In this document: positions 9,940-18,636 of the stretch, one piece after another | How positions within the stretch are numbered: the stretch's first letter is position 1 | Layout: each line of letters opens with the position of its first letter | Assembly: GCA_965248445.1 (NCBI GenBank) | Contig: CBDFJG010000004.1 | Span: forward strand, 1,504,001 to 1,568,000 | Direction: 5' to 3' | Source: Planctomycetota bacterium | GTDB taxonomy: Bacteria; Planctomycetota; JAJSAM01; JAJVHW01 | DNA length: 64,000 nt | Program-made: the position numbers and the translations under genes | The notes under the pieces: model-generated | The model's input: only the letters and a program-made list of their open reading frames with translations | The model's database searches: none | Told to the model about the DNA's origin: nothing

Positions 9940-11160
9940 ATGCCGCTCGTGCTGACCGTGCTCTCCGGCCCCCGCGAAGGGGCTGAGTTCCGTGCAGGGG
10001 GCGCCGATTCGCTGACGATTGGACGGAGCGAAGGGACGGACATCCGCGTGATGGACGTGACCATGAGCCGGGTGCATGCGGTCGTCACGAGAGACGACGA
10101 CGGCTGGTGGATCGAGGACCAGGAGAGCCGCAACGGCGTCTGGTTGGAGGGCCGCCGTGTGCAGCGCCACCGGCTGAAGGACGGCGACATCCTCCGACTC
10201 GGCAAGATCACCGAGATCATGGCAGCGCTCCCGGACTCCGGAGCCGACATGGAGCCGCCTCCGACGGCGACCTGTACGGGCTGCGGTGACGAGGTCGATC
10301 CCGACGACATCGCGCGGGGCGGTGACGGCAACTCGTATCACGTCGAATGCCGCGGCATGACCCATCTGATCGGGGAGGACTTCGGTGGGTACCGGGTCAG
10401 CGAGGCGCTGTCGGCGTGCGGACCCGGGCACCGGCTGCGCGGGCGCGACATGTCGCTCGACCGTGATGTCGCGCTGCGCGTGTTCGACGCGGCCGCGGCG
10501 GCCCGACCGGGATTCGGGGAAGCGCTGGATGAGGCCGTGCGCGACGCGTCCAAGCTCGTGCACCCCCACGTCGTGCAGGTGCTCGATCGCGGTGAACAGG
10601 ACGACCTCGCGTTCGTCGTCGAGGAGGCGGCGTCGGGAACCGCGCTGTTCGATCTGCTGTCGGCGCGTCGCTTCCTGCCCGCCCGCGACGCGGCCAACGT
10701 CGCGAGCCAGGTGCTCGCGGGACTCGCTCACGTCGTCGAGCACGGCGTCGCGCGACCGCATCTGTCGTCGCGCCGCATACTCATCGGTGAGGAGTTCACG
10801 ACGAAAGTGGTCTGGCTTGCCGACCCGCTGGCTCCGGCGGAAGAGCTCGCGGACGAAGAGGCGGGGCTCGTGGCGCCCGAGGCCGCACTCGGCGCGGATG
10901 TCGGCGAGGAGATCGCACTCGTCTACGGCGTGGGCGCGCTGCTCTACCGGATGCTCACCGGGATCACGCCGAGCGACGGGGACAACGCGGAGCAGGCCGC
11001 GGAGCGCGCGATGCGCGTGCCCGCCGCCGAGGTGCGCCGCATCAACCTCAAGGTCTCCCCGGCGCTCGAGCGGGCGGTGCACGACGCGATCGAGGCCGAC
11101 CCGCGAGGTCGCGTGCCCACGCTGAACGAGTTCCGCGAGGCACTGCTCCGCGCGATCTGA
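9940..11160 (+). CDS. FHA domain, zinc finger and degenerate Ser/Thr kinase (pseudokinase)
   Basis: FHA motifs IGR, SRVHA, SRNG; CTGC..HVEC; kinase-fold remnants lacking the catalytic Lys, HRD and DFG. Confidence 0.8.
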   Translation: MPLVLTVLSGPREGAEFRAGGADSLTIGRSEGTDIRVMDVTMSRVHAVVTRDDDGWWIEDQESRNGVWLEGRRVQRHRLKDGDILRLGKITEIMAALPDSGADMEPPPTATCTGCGDEVDPDDIARGGDGNSYHVECRGMTHLIGEDFGGYRVSEALSACGPGHRLRGRDMSLDRDVALRVFDAAAAARPGFGEALDEAVRDASKLVHPHVVQVLDRGEQDDLAFVVEEAASGTALFDLLSARRFLPARDAANVASQVLAGLAHVVEHGVARPHLSSRRILIGEEFTTKVVWLADPLAPAEELADEEAGLVAPEAALGADVGEEIALVYGVGALLYRMLTGITPSDGDNAEQAAERAMRVPAAEVRRINLKVSPALERAVHDAIEADPRGRVPTLNEFREALLRAI

Positions 11161-11244
11161 GCCCGAGCAGAGGACTCGGGCAGGCGCGTGCGCGCCCGGC
11201 CACGCTCGCGCGCGTGAGGTAGGCTCTAGGCGGAGAAGCGCCCC

Positions 11245-14200
11245 GTGACCGAACCCGCTGCAGACGACCGATTCCTCGATGAGGCCGTCGAGCGGGGCGA
11301 CCTGACCGAAGAGCAGGCCGTCGCCTGTCGCCGCATCCTGTCGACGCTGCGCGAAGTGGACGTCGCCCTCACGGCGGACGAGATCGTGGTGCGTAAGGGC
11401 TTCCTCTCGCGGGCCGCGACCGACGAGGTGAAGCGGGCACTGGCCCGCCGCCGCATCGGCCGTTACGAGGTCCTCGAAAGGCTGGGCAGCGGCGGCAGCG
11501 GCGTCGTGCTGCGCGCACGCGACACCCGGCTCGGCCGCATCGTCGCGCTCAAAGTGCTCACGCGCTCGCAGAACACGTCGGACGACGTCGCGGAACGCTA
11601 CCTCGAACGCTTTCGTCGCGAGGCGCGCGCCGCGGTGACGCTCAACCACGTCAACGTCGTGCGCGGTCTCGACTTCGGTGAGTCCGACGGCTACGTGTAC
11701 TTCGCGATGGAGTTCGTTGCGGGCGAGAGCCTTGCGACGCGACTCGAGCGCGAGGGACGGCTGCCGGTCTCCGAAGCCCTTGCGATCGCGTCCGACGTCG
11801 TGGCGGCGCTCGCGCACGTCGCCGAGTACGGCTTGGTGCATCGCGACGTCAAGCCGGCGAACGTGCTGGTGACGCCGAGCGGCACGGTGAAGCTGTGCGA
11901 TCTCGGACTCGCGCGGCCGGAGACCCGGGGCGGGGGCGCCGCGGGTTCCATCGCGGGAACGCCGCTCTACGTCGCCCCCGAGCAGACCCGCGATCCGCGT
12001 TCGGTGGACTGGCGCGCCGACGTGTACGGCCTCGGCGCCACGCTCTATCACCTGCTGACGGGGCGCCCGCCGTTCCAGCCGACGGCCGGACGGAGCTTGC
12101 TCCACGCGCACCTCGAGGAACAGCCGCGGGATCCGCGCGAGCACGTGCTCGAACTGTCACCGTCCATCTCCGACGTGGTGCTCAAGATGCTCGCGAAGGA
12201 CCCTGCGGACCGCTTCGCGTCGCTCGACGACCTCGCGGCGGATCTGCGCGCGGTCGCCGAGGGCCGCCCGCCGATGCACGCGCTGCAACTCGCGGGGTCC
12301 CTTCCCGGCCGGGTGGAGGAGATCCTCGGCGACCGCGTCGCGCGGCCGCGTCACGACATCGACGAACCCGCCCCTGGAGCGCGGTTCGGGATGATCGCCA
12401 CCGCCGCTGCCGGTGCGGCGGTCGTCGCGACGGCTCTGCTCGTCGTGTTCCTGGCTGACCGCACCGGGCCGCCGCCGCCACCCAGCGACGGCGACCCAGA
12501 GGTCGCACAGCAGCCCGACGAGGCAGACCCCGCTCCCGCGCCGGCAGATCCGGAGGCCGCGGATCCCGAGCCCGATCTAGGCGCGGAGGCCTTGCTCGAG
12601 GCCGAGAAGTTCGCGCGTTCCGAGGGCGTGGATCTGCACGACGTGATCGAGCGATACGAGTTCGTCGCGGACCGGTACAACGGGCACGCGTCGGGGGACG
12701 CGGCGGCGGCGTGGCTCGAGCGAACGCTCACGCGTCTCGAAGAAGAGGCGCAACGCGAGTTCGAGGGGCGGCGCCGCACCGCCGCGCGGTTCGAGGCCGA
12801 CCAGCAGTTCGGCGCCGCCATCGCTGAGTACGAGGGCTTCCCCCGCCGGCTCGCCGGCACAACGTGGGCCCGTCGCTCTCTCGGAGAACGCGAACGCCTG
12901 CGCGGAGAGGCGCGCCGCCGCGCCGACGGCTTGGAAGCGGCAGCCGACGAGCATCTGCTGGCCGGCCGCTTCGATGAAGCCGCCGCCATCGAGCAGTCGA
13001 TCCGCGACCTAGGCCTCGAGGAGTTCACCCGGATCGCGGAACGGGTGCAGCAGCGCGTGCTCACCGCCCGCAGCCGTCACGCCGCCGCCCGCGAGGAGCA
13101 CCGGCCCACGTTCATGTCGCTGCTCGGCGACGTCGTCGTGACACTCGGAGACACCGGTGCGGACGCCGCCATGCGCCAGTTTGCGACACGGCTCGCGTCC
13201 GACGATCTCTCCGCGTTCTCGGACGACGTCACGCGGTTCGCCGCGGATCTCGACGGCGCGGTCGCGATGCAACAGACGCTGCGAGACCGGTGGACCCAGA
13301 TCACGGCCGACGGCGCCGCGATCGAACTGCGGCTGCAGGGTCGCGATGTCTCGCACGTGACCGCGCGAGGCGCCGGCGTCTTGCGCGACGAGTTCCTGCT
13401 CGGGGGCGGCGGCGAGAGCGTTCGCGCCGTGCGCGTGCGTGATCTCACCCTCGTGTCGCTCGGGCGCATCCTCGGCAGTCCGTTCGACGACGTCGAGGAG
13501 GAGGAGCGCCGTGCGCGGCTGGTGTACCTGCTCTCCGAGCGCAACTTCCCGGCCGCGAGCGAGTACCTGGCGCTGCTCGACCTCGCGGCGCGCGAGGACG
13601 CGCTGGCGCACGAGATCGCCGAGGCGACGCGGCTCGCCGTCATGTCCGCGGCGCGGAAGCGGCTCGACGCCGCGCTCGACTTCCTCGATGTCGAGAGCGC
13701 GGCCGCGGCGCTCGCGATCGTCGATGAAGTGCTCGCCGAACTCCCGGGTTTCGGCCGCGCGTACACGTTGCGCGGCGCCGCACTTGCGTTGAGCGGCGAC
13801 GAGACGGCGTCGGAGACCGCCTTCCTCGCGGCGGTGGGCGCCGAGTGGCCAGATCCTCAGGCGCTCTACAACCTGGCACTCTCGCTCGTCCGGCAGGATC
13901 GCCTCGCGGACGCGGAGGCGCGCCTGGCGGAACTGATCGAACGCGGAGCCCCCGGAGGGTTCATCTGGAAGGCGCAGGCACTGTCCAAGGAGATCGCAGC
14001 GAAGCGCAAGTCTGCGCGCGTGTCGGCTCTTCGCACGGAAGCGCAGCGCGCGTCACGCCGCCGCGATACCGCCGCGGAAGTGGCCGCCAACGAGCAGTTG
14101 CTCGCACTGCTGCCGGAGGACCCGGACGCGCTCGAGTCGCTGGGTCGCCTGTACCTCGACACCGGCCGCCGCTTCGACGCATTCGTGGCGCTGCGCACGC

Positions 14201-14883
14201 TCGCGCTGACTCACCCCGACGACGAGCGCGCGATCCGCGCCGAGCGCTTGTTGGACGACCGGATCACGCGCTTCCGCATCGTCGGCCGCGAGTTGCGCAC
14301 ACGGTTGCGCAAGATCGAGGGGCCGTCTTCGGCGGCGACGGTCGACGCCGACATCCCGGCGTATCGGGAGCTGATCCTCGAGAACGCGTTCTTCCGCGAG
14401 GCGCGTCTGGCGCTGGCCCGGGGGCTGCTCCGGCGCTTCGAGCGCGAGACCGTCGCGACCGATCTCGCCGCCGCCGAGCAGGAGGTGCGGTACGCCGAGT
14501 TGCTCGGCCCCGGCCGTCACGAGACGCGCCTCTTGCGCTCTGACCTGCTGATCGCCCTCGGCCACACCGAGGAGGCGCTGGCCGAAGCGCTCGTCACGAT
14601 CGAGGAGCGGCCGGCCGAGGCTGCCGGGTACCTCCTCGCCGGACGCGCACACCTGGCAGCGGATCGTCCCGACGACGCGGAGACCGCGTTCTACGCGGCA
14701 TACGAGCGCAAGGAGCATGCGGAGCCGCTGTACTGGGTCGCTCGCTCGCTCGTGCGGCAGGGACTGCACAGCAGGGCGAGGGCGGTTCTCACGCAGCTCT
14801 TGTCCGAGCATCCTCTGATGCCGGTGGATCTGGTGCCGAAGGTCGAGGCGCTGCGCGATTCTCTCGCCGAACGATCCGACTGA
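11245..14883 (+). CDS. Transmembrane Ser/Thr protein kinase with C-terminal TPR region
   Basis: GSGGSG, VALK, HRDVKPAN, DLG, APE; one TM helix; TPR-like helices. Confidence 0.9.
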   Translation: MTEPAADDRFLDEAVERGDLTEEQAVACRRILSTLREVDVALTADEIVVRKGFLSRAATDEVKRALARRRIGRYEVLERLGSGGSGVVLRARDTRLGRIVALKVLTRSQNTSDDVAERYLERFRREARAAVTLNHVNVVRGLDFGESDGYVYFAMEFVAGESLATRLEREGRLPVSEALAIASDVVAALAHVAEYGLVHRDVKPANVLVTPSGTVKLCDLGLARPETRGGGAAGSIAGTPLYVAPEQTRDPRSVDWRADVYGLGATLYHLLTGRPPFQPTAGRSLLHAHLEEQPRDPREHVLELSPSISDVVLKMLAKDPADRFASLDDLAADLRAVAEGRPPMHALQLAGSLPGRVEEILGDRVARPRHDIDEPAPGARFGMIATAAAGAAVVATALLVVFLADRTGPPPPPSDGDPEVAQQPDEADPAPAPADPEAADPEPDLGAEALLEAEKFARSEGVDLHDVIERYEFVADRYNGHASGDAAAAWLERTLTRLEEEAQREFEGRRRTAARFEADQQFGAAIAEYEGFPRRLAGTTWARRSLGERERLRGEARRRADGLEAAADEHLLAGRFDEAAAIEQSIRDLGLEEFTRIAERVQQRVLTARSRHAAAREEHRPTFMSLLGDVVVTLGDTGADAAMRQFATRLASDDLSAFSDDVTRFAADLDGAVAMQQTLRDRWTQITADGAAIELRLQGRDVSHVTARGAGVLRDEFLLGGGGESVRAVRVRDLTLVSLGRILGSPFDDVEEEERRARLVYLLSERNFPAASEYLALLDLAAREDALAHEIAEATRLAVMSAARKRLDAALDFLDVESAAAALAIVDEVLAELPGFGRAYTLRGAALALSGDETASETAFLAAVGAEWPDPQALYNLALSLVRQDRLADAEARLAELIERGAPGGFIWKAQALSKEIAAKRKSARVSALRTEAQRASRRRDTAAEVAANEQLLALLPEDPDALESLGRLYLDTGRRFDAFVALRTLALTHPDDERAIRAERLLDDRITRFRIVGRELRTRLRKIEGPSSAATVDADIPAYRELILENAFFREARLALARGLLRRFERETVATDLAAAEQEVRYAELLGPGRHETRLLRSDLLIALGHTEEALAEALVTIEERPAEAAGYLLAGRAHLAADRPDDAETAFYAAYERKEHAEPLYWVARSLVRQGLHSRARAVLTQLLSEHPLMPVDLVPKVEALRDSLAERSD

Positions 14884-14913
14884 CGCGCGCGACGCAATCT
14901 GTATGCTCCCCGG

Positions 14914-17652
14914 GTGACACAAGAGACGTTCGCGAACGGAGAGCGCCTGTTCCTCCTCGACGGGACCGCGCTGGCGTACCGCGCGCACTTCGCGTTCATG
15001 CGCGCGCGCCTGTCCGACGGCCGCGGCAACCCGACCGGCGCGATCTACGGCTTCGTCGCCACGCTGCTCAAACTGCTGCGCGACGAGCGGCCTGACCATC
15101 TCGGCTGCTGCTTCGATCCACCGGGGCCGACGTTCCGCCACGAGCAGTTCCCCGAGTACAAGGCCACGCGCGAGCGCATGGACGACGACCTCGCGGCCCA
15201 GCTCCCCAAGCTCCGCGACGTGGTGCGGGCCTTCAACATCCCGGTGCTCGAGGTGCCGGGCTTCGAGGCCGACGACGTGCTGGCGACCGTCGCGGCCCGC
15301 GCCGCGAAGAAGGGCATCCACACCTACATCGTCACCGGCGACAAGGATCTCTGTCAGTCGGTGGCGCCGAACGTCTCGATCTACAACATCCTGAAACCGG
15401 GTCAGGACACGGAGGTGTTGGACGAGGAGGGCGTCGAGGCGGCGTGGGGTGTCAAGCCGTCACAGGTGGCCGACGTCCTCGCACTCATGGGCGACACGTC
15501 CGACAACGTCCCCGGCGTGCCCAGCATCGGCAAGAAGACGGCCACCAAGCTGATCCAGGAGCACGGCACGCTGCAAGCGGTCCTCGACGCGGCGGCCGAG
15601 GACCCGCCGCGCGTCAAGGGAAAGCGGGTGATCGAGAACCTCCGGACGTTCCGCGATCAGGCCGTCATGTCGCACGAGCTCGTGATCGTGAAGGAGGATG
15701 TGCCGGTCGACGTCACGTTCGAGGACCTGCGGATGGGGGAGCGCAACGAGGAGGAGCTCAAGCGGCTCTTCCTCGACCTCGCGTTCACGCGGCTGCTCGC
15801 TGAGGTCATGGAGGAGGCCGAGGACGAAGTCGAACACGAGTACGTGACGATCACGAACGAGAAGTCGCTCGACGCGATGCTCGCGACGCTGGCAGCGGCG
15901 GAACTCGTCGCATTCGACGTCGAGACGACCGGCCTTGACCCGTTGCAGGCGGATCTGGTGGGCCTGTCGTTCTCGGTGCGTGAGGGCGCCGCGTTCTACG
16001 TGCCGCTCAACGCCGAACCGCCGGTGCTCGGCGGCGACGGGGACGAGGCCGTGCAGCGCGTACTCGACAGAGTGCGCCCGCTCCTCGAGAACGCGGATAG
16101 CCACAAGACGGCGCAGAACGCGAAGTACGACGTGCTCGCGTACCGGCGCGCAGGCATCGCCGTTCGCGGCGTGACGATCGACACGATGATCGCGTCGTTC
16201 TGCCTCGATCCCGAGATGCGCCAGCACAGCCTCGACGCCCTGTCGCTGCGGCACTACGGCTACAGGAAGGTCCCCACCAGCGACCTGATCGGGAGCGGCA
16301 AGAACCAGATCACAATGGACCAGGTCGAGATCGAACGTGTCTCGGAGTACGCGTGCGAGGACGCCGACTTCGCGTACCGGCTCGCGCGCAAGTTCGAGCC
16401 GCGGCTCGCCAAGGAGAGCGTCGGCACGCTGTTTCGCGATGTCGAGATGCCGCTGTTGCCCGTGCTGGCGGACATGGAGTGGGAGGGCGTGCGGCTCGAC
16501 ACGGAACTCCTCGACGGGATGTCCGAGGATCTCGCGTCGCGATCCGGGGTCCTCGAACGGGAGATCTGCGATCTCGCCGGCACGGCGTTCAACGTCAACT
16601 CCCCGAAGCAGATCGGGGAGGTGTTGTTCGAGCGAATGCAGATCCAGGGCAAGCGCCGTGTGCGCCGCACCAAGACCGGCTTCGCCACCGACGAGCGCAC
16701 GCTGCGCCAGTTCGCGCAAGAGCCGGTCATCGAGAAGCTGATGGCGTTCCGCCGGATGACCAAGCTGCGCTCGACGTACACCGAAGCGCTGCCGAAGCTC
16801 GTGAACCCGCACACGGGCCGACTGCACACGAGCTACAGCCAGACCGGCGCCATCACCGGCCGCCTCGCGTCGTCTGACCCGAACCTGCAGAACATCCCGA
16901 TCCGGACCGAAGAGGGACGCGAGATCCGCCGCGCGTTCGTGCCGCGTGACGACGGATGGAAGCTCGTTTCGGCGGACTACAGCCAGATCGAGTTGCGCGT
17001 GCTGGCGCACCTCTCGGAGGATGAGCACCTGTGCGCGGCGTTCGAGGCCGGTGAGGACATCCACCGCCGCACGGCCGCGCGCATCTTCGATGTCGACCCG
17101 GGGTTCGTGACGCCGGAACTGCGCAGCCGGGCGAAGGCGATCAACTTCGGGATCGTGTACGGCATGGGCGCGACGCGGCTTGCGCAGGACACGGGCATCA
17201 CGCGCAACGAGGCGACGGCCTTCATCTCGAACTACTTCAAGGCGTATCCGCGGGTGAAAACGTTCGTGGACGGGTTGAAGGACCAAGCGCGGGCCGACGG
17301 CTTCGTCACGACGCTGCTGGGCCGCCGCCGCTCGCTGCAGGACATGCTCGAGTCTCCGAACGCAAGGGTGCAGGCCGCTGTCGACAACGTGGCCGTGAAC
17401 ACGCCCATCCAGGGAAGCGCGGCCGACATCATCAAGGTCGCGATGCTCCGCGTGCACGCCGCGATCCGGGACCGCGAGCTCCAGTCCCGGATGATCCTGC
17501 AGGTGCACGATGAACTCGTGTTCGACGTGGCCCCCGGCGAACTCGACGTCGTGCGAGCGCTGGTGCGCGAACACATGGAAGGGGCGTACGCACTCCGCGT
17601 CCCGATCCTGGTCGACATGGGCGACGGCGACTCCTGGCTCGAAGCGCACTAG
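14914..17652 (+). CDS. polA: DNA polymerase I
   Basis: 5'-3' exonuclease (EADD, GDxSDN), 3'-5' exonuclease (FDVET), polymerase motifs DYSQIELR, KAINFGIVYG, QVHDE. Confidence 0.98.
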   Translation: MTQETFANGERLFLLDGTALAYRAHFAFMRARLSDGRGNPTGAIYGFVATLLKLLRDERPDHLGCCFDPPGPTFRHEQFPEYKATRERMDDDLAAQLPKLRDVVRAFNIPVLEVPGFEADDVLATVAARAAKKGIHTYIVTGDKDLCQSVAPNVSIYNILKPGQDTEVLDEEGVEAAWGVKPSQVADVLALMGDTSDNVPGVPSIGKKTATKLIQEHGTLQAVLDAAAEDPPRVKGKRVIENLRTFRDQAVMSHELVIVKEDVPVDVTFEDLRMGERNEEELKRLFLDLAFTRLLAEVMEEAEDEVEHEYVTITNEKSLDAMLATLAAAELVAFDVETTGLDPLQADLVGLSFSVREGAAFYVPLNAEPPVLGGDGDEAVQRVLDRVRPLLENADSHKTAQNAKYDVLAYRRAGIAVRGVTIDTMIASFCLDPEMRQHSLDALSLRHYGYRKVPTSDLIGSGKNQITMDQVEIERVSEYACEDADFAYRLARKFEPRLAKESVGTLFRDVEMPLLPVLADMEWEGVRLDTELLDGMSEDLASRSGVLEREICDLAGTAFNVNSPKQIGEVLFERMQIQGKRRVRRTKTGFATDERTLRQFAQEPVIEKLMAFRRMTKLRSTYTEALPKLVNPHTGRLHTSYSQTGAITGRLASSDPNLQNIPIRTEEGREIRRAFVPRDDGWKLVSADYSQIELRVLAHLSEDEHLCAAFEAGEDIHRRTAARIFDVDPGFVTPELRSRAKAINFGIVYGMGATRLAQDTGITRNEATAFISNYFKAYPRVKTFVDGLKDQARADGFVTTLLGRRRSLQDMLESPNARVQAAVDNVAVNTPIQGSAADIIKVAMLRVHAAIRDRELQSRMILQVHDELVFDVAPGELDVVRALVREHMEGAYALRVPILVDMGDGDSWLEAH

Positions 17653-17912
17653 CGGCTCGGCACGCGCGTCGCGCAGCGACTCGCGCAACGAGTGCGAGTC
17701 CGCTGCTCCCGCTGCAAGACATTGCTCATGTCGTTGCCCCCTCGCGCGCTGGCACGCGCGCACGGGTCGCGGGCGTTCGGGCGCGCCGCTCGACGCGGTG
17801 CTCCCTCACGGGGCGGGGCGCTTCCCGCCCGCGCCCTGGAGATGCGCTGACCTCTCGAGATGCAGCGAGTAGCGAGGGCGCGCGGGTTGCGAAGCAAGGC
17901 GCGTGACCGTAG

Positions 17913-17945
17913 CCCTCCGTAGCGCCCGGAGGGCGCGTAGGAGGG
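17913..17945. repeat. REP-like palindrome
   Basis: CCCTCC-GTA-GCGCCC-GGA-GGGCGC-GTA-GGAGGG, an imperfect hairpin containing GTAG tetranucleotides. Confidence 0.45.
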
Positions 17946-18003
17946 GGACATCCGCGCGTAGCGAGGCCGAGGATCGCCCCGCGATCCGCAGGCGACGCAA
18001 ACG

Positions 18004-18031
18004 CGCGGGGCGGGCCGAAGCCCGCCCCGCG
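18004..18031 (-). terminator. Strong hairpin, possible terminator
   Basis: Perfect 12-bp GC stem. The loop reads cUUCGg on the minus strand. Only a short U run follows. Confidence 0.5.
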
Positions 18032-18636
18032 GTCAGTTCCATCCCCTACCCGTCAGGTGGTGTTTGGGCGAGGAGAGTCGATGCGCGCATTGCGCGCGCG
18101 AGTCGAGTGCGGGCGTTCGGGACATCCAGGTCGCGGCTTGGGGAGAGGCCGGTCGTAGACGGAGAGAGAGAGAGACGTGCCCACACAGAGAGAGATGACG
18201 CGCTGCCCTTTCCGGATCGGTGCACGAGGGTCCGGTGCGCGGACGGGGAACGACGAGCGCAGGTACCGGCGGCATGGGATCCGCCGGCCTCCGTTTCGCA
18301 CGCCCACACCGCATCGCGGCCTCCGAGACGTCGCGTGCCCTGCAGCCGGGCACTTCGCGTCACACTTGGCTTCGGGACGTGCGGCAACGGGGTTGAGGGC
18401 CAAAACTCGAAAATCAGCACTCGATGCATGCCCCCGCGGGTGGTTTCCCGGATCGGGATCACCACAAGCATCACTCGGCTCACGGATTCTCGTTTCGGGA
18501 GCAGGCTGAACCCGCGTTCTCGTAAAGTGTGCAGGCGTCGCAGCACGCGATCGGGAGGAGCGCGAGCGAAGGGCCCTGCCAAGTTTGCCCGTGCCCGTTA
18601 TCTGGCCGATCGTCGGTATGGATGAGGGAGGTGTGT

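Noticed and set aside
17653..18636. tRNA, tmRNA, RNase P, SRP RNA or CRISPR array in the large intergenic gap
   Set aside because: No diagnostic conserved motifs or regularly spaced direct repeats were seen.
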